A stretch of DNA of 60,849 nucleotides from Chiloscyllium plagiosum (Eukaryota). Under the pieces are notes generated by a model that did no database searches, was not told where the DNA came from, and was given only the letters and a program-made list of their open reading frames with translations. Position 1 is the stretch's first letter. Each line of letters begins with the position of its first letter. The stretch covers positions 4,548,814 through 4,609,662 of the forward strand of contig NC_057750.1 of NCBI RefSeq assembly GCF_004010195.1. Direction: 5' to 3'. Both the position numbers and the translations under genes were made by a program. Below, one piece after another: positions 47,385 through 58,619 of the stretch.

Positions 47385-47897
47385 TCGAGTCGAAGAGATG
47401 TACACCATGGAAACAGACCCTTCGGTCCAACCCGTCCATGCTGACCAGATATCCTAACCTAATCTAGTCCCACCTGCCAGCACCCGGCCCATATCCCTCC
47501 AAACCCTTCCTATTCATATAACCATCCAAATGCTTTATAAATGTTGCAATTGTACCAGCCTCCATCACTTCCTCTGTACCAGCCTTTGCATGAAAGAATT
47601 GCCCCTCAGGTTCCTTTTAACTCTTTCCCCTCTCACCTTAAACCTATGCCCTCTAGTTCTCAACTCTCCCAGCCCAGGGAAGAGACTTTGTCTATTTATC
47701 CTATCTATGCCCCTCATGATTTTATAAACCTCTATAAGGTCACCCCTCAGCCTCCGACGCTCCAGGGAAAACAGTCCAAGCCTATTCAGCCTCTCCCTAT
47801 AGCTCAAACCCTCCAACTCTGGCAACATCCTTGTAAATCTTTTCTGGACCTTTTCAAGTTTACAACATCCTTCCGATAGGAAGGAGACCAGAATGTA
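47385..47897 (-). mobile_element. HER1/CR1 LINE 3' fragment
   Basis: KLEKVQKRFTRMLPELEGLSYRERLNRLGLFSLERRRLRGDLIEVYKIMRG. Confidence 0.9.
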
Positions 47898-48089
47898 TGA
47901 AGAGAGGGATAACATTTAGGGTCCAGTGACCCTTCCTCAAAACAGCAATTTCTGGCTTTGTAGCTCGGACAGTGTTGGCTTATATGCAGAAGATAGGGTG
48001 GGGGGAGGGGAGAAGGAGTAAATGATAGTTGGGGATACAGCCCAGAGAGACGGGAGAAGGTTAAACAAATTGGGTCTGGAATATTTGGA

Positions 48090-48470
48090 TTGAGGGGTAA
48101 GCTGGCTGAAACAAATAAGATTCTTAGGCAACTTGACAGGATAGACATGGAGAGGTCTTGTTTTCCCCTGTGGACCAGAGGACAGAATCTCACCACATGA
48201 GGTCGCCCATCTAAGATGGAGATGAGGGGGAATTTCTTATCTGAGGGGAGTGAACCTGTGGAATTCTTTACTGCAGGGAGCAGTTGAGGCTGGGTCATTC
48301 AGTATATTCACGACTCAGACAGACAGAGTTTTAATCAGGAAGGGAATCGAGGGCTATGGGGGAAAGGCAGGAAAGTGGAGTTGAGGATTATCAAATCAGC
48401 ACAGAATGGCAGAGCAGACTTGATGGGCTGAATGGGCTACTTCTGTTCCTATGACTTATGGTCTTACAGT
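48090..48470 (+). mobile_element. CR1 LINE 3' fragment
   Basis: gagatgagggggaatttctt...gtggaattcttta...gatgggctgaatggg...tcttatgg-type tail. Confidence 0.65.
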
Positions 48471-48602
48471 TAAAGGATAAGTATTAGCCAGACATTAGGA
48501 AGAAACTCTCCTCTGCTTCGGATCATACTGTGGGATCTTTTGTCTTTACACAAGAAAGCAGCCAGGGCCTTGGAGAAGCATCTGATCGAACTCATTGTCT
48601 TT

Positions 48603-49015
48603 CGAGTCGTGGAGTTATACAGCACGGAAACAGACCCTTCGGCCCAACCCGTCCATGCCGACCAGGTTTCCTAAACGAAACTAATTCAATTTGTCTGTGT
48701 TTGGCCCATATCCCTCTAAACCTTTCCAATCCATGTACCTGTCCAAACGTCTTTGAAATGTTTTAACTGTACCCGTTTTTACCACTCCCTCTGGCAGCTC
48801 ATTCAGCGTGAAAAAGTTGCCCCTCAGGACCCTATTGAGTCTTTCCCCTCTCACCTTAAACCTATGCCCTCTAGTTTCGGGCTCCCCCCCCCTCCAGGAA
48901 GGAGACACTGGCTATTCACCCTATCCACTCCCCTCATTATTTTATAAACCTCTATAAGGTCACCTCTCAGCCTCTGATGCTCCAGGTTATAAAGTCCGTG
49001 CCTATTCAGCCTCCC
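48603..49015 (-). mobile_element. HER1/CR1 LINE 3' fragment
   Basis: ETRGHRFKVRGERLNRVLRGNFFT plus HER1 tail. Confidence 0.85.
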
Positions 49016-49034
49016 CTTTTAACCGCAAACATCC

Positions 49035-49352
49035 TTGGCAGCACAGTGGCTCAGTGGTGAGCACTGCTGCCTCACAGCACCAGGGACCCAGGTTCGATTC
49101 CAACTGTATGTGTGGAGTTTGCACATTCTGCCTGTATCTGTGAGGGGTTTGCACTGGTTTCCTCCCACAACCCAAATGTGCAGGTTAGGGTGGATTGGCC
49201 ATGCTAAATTGCCCATTGTGTTCAGGGATGTGTAGGTTGGGTGCATTGCTCAGGGGTAAATATAGGGTAGGGGAATGGGTGGGTTGCTCATCAGAGGGTC
49301 AGTCTGTGCTGACTTGTTGGGCTGAAGGGCCTGTTTCCACACAGTGGGGATT
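49035..49352 (+). mobile_element. HE1-like V-SINE
   Basis: ggcagcacagtggctcagtgg...gacttgttgggctgaagggcctgtttccacac. Confidence 0.88.
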
Positions 49353-49584
49353 CTCTGCACCCTTTCCAGTTTAATAACGTCCTCCCTATAGCAGGGCGAC
49401 CAAATGTGGCCACACAACGTCTTGTTCAGCTGTATCATGACGTTCCAACTCCTGTACTCAACGCTCTGACCAATGAAGGTGCTGTGGCTGAGTTTTAGGT
49501 TCAATGGAATGGGTTTCGAAACCACATAACCTTCAGACTTGTGGATAGAAAAGGTTCAGGGGGAAACTGAAAGGAAAAAGAAAC

Positions 49585-49895
49585 GTGGGCAGCACGGTGG
49601 TTAGCACTGCTGCCTCACAGCGCCAGAGACCTGGGTTCAATTCCCACCTCAGGCAACTGACTGTGTGGAGTTTGCACCTTCTCCCCGTGTCTGCGTGGGT
49701 TTCCTCCGGGTGCTCCGGTTTCCTCCCACACTCCAAAGATGTGCAGGTTAGGTGAATTGGCCGTGCTAAATTGCCTGTAGCGTTAGGTGAAGGGGTAAAT
49801 GTAGGGGAATGGGTCTGGGTGGGTTGCGCTTAGGCGGGTCGGTGTGGACTTGTTGGGCTGAAGGGCCTGTTTCCACACTGTAAGTAATCTAATCA
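49585..49895 (+). mobile_element. HE1-like V-SINE, full length
   Basis: Complete head, V domain and tail ending ctgtaagtaatctaatc. Confidence 0.93.
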
Positions 49896-50469
49896 AGCAA
49901 GAGGAAAAAGCAAAGACAGTGCATTAAAAGGGGCTGGCATTTAAGATTAAAGGGAATGGACATAGTAAAAGGAGTAGCCAGGCCAATTAGAAATTAATAT
50001 CAGGATTTAAACATGGGGGCGGGGAAGCCTGGCTGAGGTATTAAATGAATGTTTTGCATCTGTCTTTATCAAGGACTGTAGGTCATGGTGGAACGGGGTG
50101 GGGGTGGGGGTGGGGGGCTTCAGATGCTTGAAGGGTTTACATTTGACCAGGAAATGATTTTGGATGGACTGTCTGAAGTTAAGAGTTGATAAAGCACTGG
50201 GACCAGATTAGATAAGGATGACAAGGGTGGAAAGACAGTGTGAGGATGTTTGACACAATTCTCCTGTAGTTTTTTTTTAGAATTGGATGGTGCCAGAAAG
50301 TGAAGAATTCCAAATGTTGAAAAAACATGTGAAGATTGGCCCAGCAACTGCAGCTACTGGGAAGCTGATTGAAACAATAATTTGGGAGGGGAATCATTTT
50401 TGCTAGATCTTGGTTATTTAAGGAAGGCCAACATGGAATAGTGAAGGACAAGTTGTGTTTAACTGATCG

Positions 50470-51035
50470 ATTTATTGTCATTTGTACCAAGGTACAGGGA
50501 AAAGTGCTGTTTAGCGTGCTTTTACAGGCAGATCAACCCATACAGAGTGCACCAGGCTAGCAGAACAGAGTGCAGTACACAATGCTTGAAATATTAGCTT
50601 GCTCTGTCTCCATGGATGCTGCCTGACTCACTGTGATCTCCAGTATCTGTTGTTTTCAGTGAAGATTACAGTGTTATAGTGGCGGAGAAGGTGCAGAGAA
50701 AGATCAGAATTAACGTTAAAGAGGTCGGTTCAAAAGTCTGATAACAGCAGGGAAGAAGCTGTTCTTGAATCTGTTTGTACATGTACTCAGACTTTTATAA
50801 CTTACGTCCAATGGAAGGGGGTGGGAGAGAGTATAACTGGGGTGGGAGGGGTCTCTTTGATGATGTAGGTCACTTTCCCGAGGCAGTGGGAAGTATAGAC
50901 GGAGTCAGTGGAAGGGAGGCTGGTTTCCGTGTTGGACTGAGCTGTGTTCATGACTCTCTGTGGATTCTTGCAGTCCTGGGCAGAGCTGTTGCCGTACCAA
51001 ACGGTGATGCATCCGGATCGCATGCTTTCTATGGT
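50470..51035 (-). mobile_element. Rex1/Babar LINE 3' fragment inside an old CR1 RT remnant, with a PLE relic at 50585-50660
   Basis: SGCITVWYGNSSAQDCKNPQRVMNTAQS...LPSTDSVYTSHCLGK. Confidence 0.85.
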
Positions 51036-51639
51036 ATCTGGTATCTTGCTGAAGTTTTCTTTGTAGGGGTAGTAGGGAGATCAAGGAGGGTAACACCGTT
51101 GACGTGGTGTACACAGACTTCCAGAAGGCATTTGATACAGCACTATACAACAGACTTGTCAGCAAAATGGAATAAAGGGGACATAGAAGGGGACATGTGG
51201 GCGACACGGTGGCACAGTGGTTAGCACTGCTGCCTCACAGCGCCAGAGACCCGGGCATATGCCTATCCAATGCCCGCTTAAATGCCCATTAAGCAATGGG
51301 CATTTAAGCGGGCATGGACGTTTACAAACTTGGACACAAAGTTAGCTGAGTGACAGAGAAAAAGAGGGTCATAATTACTGGAAATGTTTTTGGAATGGGA
51401 AAGGGAATGTGGTATCAGAGGATTGGTATCAGAACCTTTACTCTGCTCAAAACGTAGAAATGATCTAGACTTTGGGGAAAAGAGCACAATGTCAAAGCTT
51501 GCAGATGATGCAGAACTTGGAGACATTGTGAATGGAGAGGAGGATGGGGTGGAACCACAAAAGGACAGAGCCAGGTTGATGGAATGAATGGACAGTGGCA
51601 GGTGAAATGTCATTTAGTTCAGTGGTGTCGTAGAACAGA

Positions 51640-52325
51640 CAGAGCGGGAGGTTCAGGTACACAGTTCTTTGAAGGTTGCAACACAGGGTGGTAAAGAAGG
51701 CGTTTAGCACACTTGCCTTCATTGCTGAGATCTTTTAAGTAAAGGAGTTAGGATGTGACGTTGGGGGTCGTACAGGACATTGGTGAGGCCTCGTCTGGAG
51801 CATTGTGTCCAGTTCTGGTCACCCAGTTGTAGGAAGGAGATTATTAAGCTGGAGGGGGTTCAGAAAAATAATTACCAGGATGTTGCTGGAAATCGAAGGG
51901 TTGGAGTCATAAGGAGAAGTTGGATAGATTGGGATTTGTCTACACTGGAGTATAAGAGGTTGTGGGGTGACTTTATAGAGGTTTATAAAATCATGAGGGG
52001 CATAGATAATGTGTTTGGCAGGTGTCTTTTCCCTAGGGTGGGGGATTTCAAGACTAGGAGGCACATTTTTAAGGAGAAAGGTTTAAACAAGACGTGAGGG
52101 GCAATTTTCTTTACATGGAGAGAGGATGGTGTGTGGAACATACTTCCAGAGGAAGCTGTGGGTACAGTGGCAATGTTTAAAAGACATTTGGACAAGGATA
52201 TGAATAGGGAAAGGTTTGGAGGGATATGGGCCAGAAGTAGGCAGGTGGGACCACTTTAGTTTGGGATTATGGTTGGCATGGAGTGGTTGGGCTGAAGGGT
52301 CTGTTTCTGTGCTGGATGACTCTAA
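51640..52325 (+). mobile_element. HER1/CR1 LINE 3' fragment
   Basis: VRPRLEHCVQFWSPSCRKEIIKLEGVQK...GDFIEVYKIMRG. Confidence 0.85.
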
Positions 52326-52494
52326 TCCAGAGAAGAGTGAAATGATTGATTGTGGGAGAGAGAGCAAAGATACAAACTAAAGTGCATGACTGTAAACTGG
52401 GTGCAGGAGCAGACATACCTTGGGCTATATGTGCTTAAATCACTGAGGTGTGAACACAGTGAGTAATAAAACAGACAGCACTGTGATCAGGGCA

Positions 52495-52712
52495 TGGAAC
52501 AGAGTTATGAATGCATGGAATGCGTTCCCAGTGGGGGTGGTGGAAGCAGAGTCATTAGGGACATTTAAGCAACTGCTGGACATGCACATGGAAAGCAGTG
52601 AGTTGAGGGGTGCATAGGTTAAGTTACGATATTTTACATTAGGATTAAATCTCAGCACAACATCATGAGCCAAAGGGTCTGTTCTGCATTGTACTTTTCT
52701 ATGTTCTATGAA
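52495..52712 (+). mobile_element. CR1 LINE 3' end
   Basis: cagagttatgaatgcatggaatgcgttccca...tttctatgttctatg tail. Confidence 0.7.
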
Positions 52713-52817
52713 TTGTAAAAGCAGGGAAATGACATTAAGCCTGTGAAAGCGACTGGTTTAGCTCTGCTGGAGTTACTAGGGTGCAGTTCTGCGCACCACA
52801 TTTTAGGAGTGACGTGG

Positions 52818-52968
52818 ACGTGCCGGGGTTGGACTGGGGTAGGCAAGGTCAGAAGTCACACGACACCAGGTTATAGTCCAACAGGTTTACTTAAAATCAC
52901 AAGCTTTCAGAGCGCCGCAATTTTACATAAACCTGTTGGATTATAACCTGGTGTTGTGTGACTTCTGA
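52818..52968. mobile_element. PLE-derived fold-back (family B)
   Basis: tcagaagtcacacgacaccaggttatagtccaacagg / cctgttggattataacctggtgttgtgtgacttctga. Confidence 0.8.
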
Positions 52969-53081
52969 TATATAGCAAGGACTTGAAGGCATGACAGCAG
53001 AAAAGATTCATGATGCTGGTTCCATAGACAAGGAACGTCAGTGAACAGACTGGAGGAGATTGGATTGGCTTCCTGACAGAA

Positions 53082-53380
53082 GTCATAGAACCCCTACAGT
53101 GTGGAAACAGGCCCTTCGGCCCAACACGTCCACACTAACCCTCTGAAGAGTAGCCCACCCAGACCCATTCCCCAACCCTATTATCATATATTTCCCCTCT
53201 GACCGATGCACCTAACCCACACATCCCTGGACACGATGGGCAATTTCCCACGGCCAATTCACCCTAACCTGCACAACTTTGGACTGCAGGAGGAAACTGG
53301 AGCACCCAGAGGAGACCCACGCAGACACGGGGAGAATGTGCAAACTCCACACAGACAGTCACCCTGAGGGTGGAGTCAAG
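53082..53380 (-). mobile_element. HE1-like V-SINE, 5' truncated
   Basis: ctacagtgtggaaacaggcccttcggcccaac...gtgcaaactccacacagacagtcacc. Confidence 0.88.
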
Positions 53381-53819
53381 GCTGAGAGGAAGTCTGAGAA
53401 AGATCAGAATCACGAGGAGTCTGGACATAGCAAAGAGGGAGTGAAGCAACTCCCCCGCAAATCCCAACACACACGAAAAGATCAAGAGGACGTGGATTCG
53501 AATTGATTTCAAAAGAAACAAATGTGAGGTTAGAGAGAAAGTGACTGCTTCAGATCTGGAATGCTCTGCCTGGAAGGATGCTGGTTCTGCTGTAATGTGT
53601 CCTCAAGTACAGGAGTACAGAGAAAGTGTTTATGGTGCCATACGTTTTTTATTTATTCATTCATGGGATGCAGGCATCATTGACCAGGCAGCAATTATTA
53701 TCCATCCCTAATTGCCCAGAGGGTAACTAAGAGCCAATCACATTGCAGTGGGCGTGCAATCACATGTAGGCCAGACTGGGTAAGGATGGCAGTTTCCTTC
53801 CCTAAAGGCATTAATGAAC

Positions 53820-54253
53820 CATAGAGTCATAGAGATGTACAGCACGGAAGCAGACCCTTCGGTCCAACCCATCCATGCCGACCAGATATCCCAACCCAAT
53901 CTAGTCCCACCAGCCAGCACCTGGCCCACATCCCTCTAAACCCTTCCTATTCATATACCCATCCAAATGCCTCTTAAATGTTGCAATTGTACCAGCCTCC
54001 ACCACTTCCTCTGGCAGCTCATTCCATACACGCACCACCCTCTGAGTGAAAACGTTGCCCCTTAGGTCTCTTTTATATCTTTCCCCTCTCACCCTTAACC
54101 TATGCCCCTCTAGTTCTGGACTCCCCTACCCCAGAGTAAAGACCTTGTCTATTTACCCTATCCATGCCCCTCATAATTTTATAAACCTCTATAAGGTCAC
54201 CCCTCAGCCTCCGACGCTCCAGGGAAAATAGCCCCAGCCTGTTCAGCCTCTCC
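53820..54253 (-). mobile_element. Young HER1 LINE 3' fragment nested in a SINE spanning about 53650-54360
   Basis: RGERYKRDLRGNVFTQRVVRVWNELPEEVVEAGTIATFKRHLDGYM; tail catagagtcatagagatgtacagc. Confidence 0.92.
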
Positions 54254-54690
54254 AAACCAGATAGGGGTTTGACTTTTAATTCCAGATTTTTTTTTCATTG
54301 AATTCAAATTCCACCATCTGCCATGGTGGGATTCAAACCTGGGTCCCCAGCCTTAGCTGGGATAAATTGCACCATCTTAGGTACAAAGATACCCAGGTAC
54401 AAAACCAACTGAGGTACAAAGTTGGTAAGAGAAACAGGAGTTAAAAAGTTAAGCATTACTTCATAGAATAGTAGAGAAGTAAGGAAATCGTCAATGTTAA
54501 ATTCTTTCAGAGTTTAGAGAATAAAAGAATAAGTTAAAAGTTTAACAGGTGGGTTCAAGTGAGACATTGGAAGATTAATTAAATGGAGAAATAGTGTAAA
54601 AGAGAATGGCACTAAGGCATGATGCTCATTCAGACAGTCAGTGTCAGTACAATAGAAAAGGTTACAGTGGGGCTGGAAAAGCACAGCAGG

Positions 54691-55585
54691 TCAGGCAGCA
54701 TCCGAGGAGTAGGAAATTCAACCTTTCGGGCAAAAGTCCTGCATCAGGAATGAGGCAGGGAGCCTCCGTGGTGGAGAGATAAATGTCAGTACAGTGCTCT
54801 GAAATGGTTTTCTTGTGCGGCACCAACAATACTGCGATTCCGGTTAGGATCAGGAACGTTCTGCCTGACAGAGTGGCAGAAGCAGCTTCAATCCCAGAGG
54901 GAACCGCAGGTATTTACCGAGTCAACCAGTTCAGACACACCGTCTGGAGCGGGCGCCACTCAAAGCCGGTCCTCCTGCCTCAGAGGTAGGGACACTGCCC
55001 CAAGAGCTCCCTCTGTCTGTAAAAGGAATGTTTGTAGGATTACGGGGAGAGGCAGTGAGCGAACTGCTCGGCCTGAGAGCTGGGATGGACAAACCAGGTG
55101 GAAGGGTCTCCTGTGGGCACTCTGTGATGCTGTGAAATCAGGCAGCATCCGAGGAGTAGGAAATTCAACCTTTCGGGCAAAAGTCCTGCATCAGGAATGA
55201 GGCAGGGAGCCTCCGTGGTGGAGAGATAAATGTCAGTACAGTGCTCTGAAATGGTCTCCTTGTGCGGCACCAACAATACTGCGATTCCGGTTAGGATCAG
55301 GAACGTTCTGCCTGACAGAGTGGCAGAAGCAGCTTCAATCCCAGAGGGAACCGCAGGTATTTACCGAGTCAACCAGTTCAGACACACCGTCTGGAGCGGG
55401 CGCCACTCAAAGCCGGTCCTCCTGCCTCAGAGGTAGGGACACTGCCCCAAGAGCTCCCTCTGTCTGTAAAAGGAATGTTTGTAGGATTACGGGGAGAGGC
55501 AGTGAGCGAACTGCTCGGCCTGAGAGCTGGGATGGACAAACCAGGTGGAAGGGTCTCCTGTGGGCACTCTGTGATGCTGTGAAAT
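54691..55585. repeat. 447-bp direct tandem duplication
   Basis: Copies start at 54691 and 55138; only two substitutions seen (ggttttctt versus ggtctcctt). Confidence 0.95.
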
Positions 55586-56888
55586 GGAACGTGCATTTTT
55601 ACCAGTGACTAAATTCATAAGAACATTTTAGCTTTGGTGCTTTGTTTGGGGTGGAGAAGGGGGCTGGTTTGTGGTCCTTGTTGTGAGAGTTGAGAGGGGC
55701 TGGATTTTCCCCTTTCTGAAAGATTTGGAAGTTGACTCCCCTGGAAAGCTGTAGCCACTGAGTGTACTGCAACTGCTCATCACGTTAAATTATTCATGGC
55801 TCACTGACATGCTCATGACATCAATAAGAATCTCAATTTCAAATCTCTCATGGGGCGGAAATCAGACCTAAATACACCTCTGCCTCCTCCCCCCAGCATG
55901 GGATTACAACAATAAGAAGTTGCATTAATATAGCACCTTTCAATACGGCAAAATGTTTCACGTAAATGTAAATTAGACCAATTTTGATTTTGAGCCATAT
56001 TAGTACTGGAAGATTCTTTTTTTGAGGGTGAACATGTGAAATACAAGTAGGAGTAGGCCATTCAGCCCCTTGAATCTGCTCCCCCATTCAATACCGTCAT
56101 TACAAGAATGATACCTGGACTTCAGGGGTTAAGTTATGAGGAGACATTATACAAAAGCAGCCTGTTTTTCTCTGGAATGCAGAAGGTTAAGGGGCGATCT
56201 GATCAAAATCATCAAGATATTAACAGGAAGAGACAGGATCGATGAAGATAAATGTTTGGGGATTCCAGAACTAGGGGCAGAGTCTGAGAATTAGGGTCTG
56301 GCGGTTCAGGAGAGATGTTAGGAAGCACTTACACACACACACAATGTATGGAGACAGAGTTTTAAAGTCACATGCACCCCTCAGAGTGAAAGTGCTGCTC
56401 ATCTCTGTCCTGAAAGAATGGCCTCCAATTTAATTTGTATTAACCTGGGCAATGGCCCGGCTTTGAGTGGCGCCCGCTCCAGACGGTGTGTCTGAACTGG
56501 TTGACTCGGTAAATACCTGCGGTTCCCTCTGGGATTGAAGCTGCCTCTGCCTCTCTGTCAGGCAGAACGATCCTGATCCTAACCGGAATCGCAGTATTGT
56601 TGGTGCCGCACAAGGAGACCATTTCAGAGCACTGTACTGACATTTATCTCTCCACCACGGAGGCTCCCTGCCTCATTCCTGTTGAAGGACCTTTGCCCGA
56701 AAGGTTGAATTTCCTGCTCCTCGGATGCTGCCTGACCTGCTGTGCTTTTCCAGCCCCACTGTAACCTTTTCTATTGTACTGACACTGACTGTCTGAATGA
56801 GCATCATGCCTTAGTGCCATTCTCTTTTACACTATTTCTCCACTTAATTAATCATAAAATGTCTCACATGAACCGACTTGTTAGTAGG

Positions 56889-57250
56889 GTCGTAGAGATG
56901 TACAGCACGGAAACAGACCCTTCCGTCCAACCAGTCCATGCCGACCAGATATCCTAAACTAATCTAGTCCCACCTGCCAGCATCCGGCCCATATCCCTCC
57001 AAACCCTTCCTATTCATATACCCATCCAGATGCCTCTTAAATGTTGCAATTGTACCAGCCTCCACCACATCCTCTGGCAGCTCATTCCATACACGCACCA
57101 CCCTCTGTGTGAAAAAGTTGCCCCTTAGGTCTCTTTTATATCTTTCCCCTCTCACCCTAAACCTATGCCCCTCTAGTTCTGGACTCCCCGACCCCAGGGA
57201 AAAGACTTTGCCTATTTACCCTATCCATGCCCCTCATGATTTTGTAAACC
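56889..57250 (-). mobile_element. Young HER1 LINE 3' fragment
   Basis: RGERYKRDLRGNFFTQRVVRVWNELPEDVVEAGTIATFKRHLDGYM. Confidence 0.92.
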
Positions 57251-58619
57251 CTTAATCCTTTATTCTCTTACGTTTAACTGTGAAAGACTTTAATACTAAC
57301 GTTGACCTTACTTCTTTATTTCTCTACTATTCTATGAAGTAATGCTTACCTTTTTAACTCCCATTTCTCTTACTAACTTTGTACCTAAGTTGTTGTTGTA
57401 CCTGGGTACCTCTGCATCTAAGATGGCGCAGTGTTATTCCAGCTAATGTTCTGGCCAAAAGCTGACTTGTCCCCTGGGAGGCAGTAGGGAGCTGCCTTCT
57501 TGAAATGTCAGGCTTTAATGCAGATGCCCCCAAGGGGAGTGTGTGTTTGAATCCCGCCGTGGCAGGTAAGGGGACATGAATTCACATAAAAACAAATCTG
57601 GAATAAAAGTTGATTGTCACAAAAAAAAATCCATCCAATGCCCTTTAGGGAGGGGGCACTCCAACCACTCCACACATAATCCCTCCAGCTCGACACATAA
57701 CCCCAGACATACCTCAGCCAGACCTTTCTGTGGCCAGTGAACTACAGACTTCCCGATGGGGCCGTTTTAATAACTGGATGTGTGTTTTCAGCCTGCATTC
57801 CCTTTCACTCAGCCAGGCATACACAGGGAGGAACAAGATCAGGGTTATTTCAGGGTCAACTGAGATCAGCTTCTGAAGGGGGTTGAGGCCGGGAGTAGGA
57901 CCATTAGTCGGCTCATTTCCCAGGATCGCAGTCCTTTTTATAACAGGCAGCGAAATCAGTCGTTTCAGTCAGCAGATGGAGAATGCATTTGTTCTGTAAT
58001 CGTAATATATTGAGTTCCACAACAACCTCCCTTTCCTGTGTGCCTCCCTGGAAGGGTGTAGGTTTCTATTTGTCAGTGTTCTGCACAGTTTTCCGAATCC
58101 AGGACCCCCCCCCCACTTGTCTTTACACCATCTCCCATGATGCTGCTGGAGATACAGGAATCACACGGGACATCAGAGCTCAGGCAGGGTTTATAGAATT
58201 CCTCAGGATTCAGTCACTGCTCATGCGGCACTTCCTCAGGTGCTCGGTCCCTCCTGCCGTGTTCGAAACATGGCAACCATTTTACACACAGGAAACTTCC
58301 ACAAGCAACCATGTAATGTTGGAGGGGTCACCTCGCTATCGGTCCATATTGGCCCCTCCCAGGGCACCAGGGAGAGTTCCTGTGCTGTTTTACTCAAAAC
58401 GGAGGTCATGAGGATTTCTGAAACCCTGCTACCAGCACTTCAGCATCAGGTTTCTGGCACCTTTCCAACCCACTATCCCCACTACCTACAGCGACAGGGC
58501 AGCAGATACATAGGAACACCACCTCCTGCAGGTTCCCCTCCACTCACCATCCTGACTTGGATGTACATCGCCATTCCTTCAGTGTCGCTGGGTCAGAATT
58601 ATTAATAACGTTCTGTACC

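Larger units (their letters stand above)
54353..57446. repeat. Inverted duplication: arms about 54353-54969 and 56457-57446
   Basis: Reverse-complement match; right arm interrupted by HER1 at 56889-57250. Confidence 0.92.

Noticed and set aside
54715..56705. Hammerhead cores in the duplicated arms
   Set aside because: Cores are mutated (CTGATGC on minus, CTGTTGA on plus), so they are not called as ribozymes.
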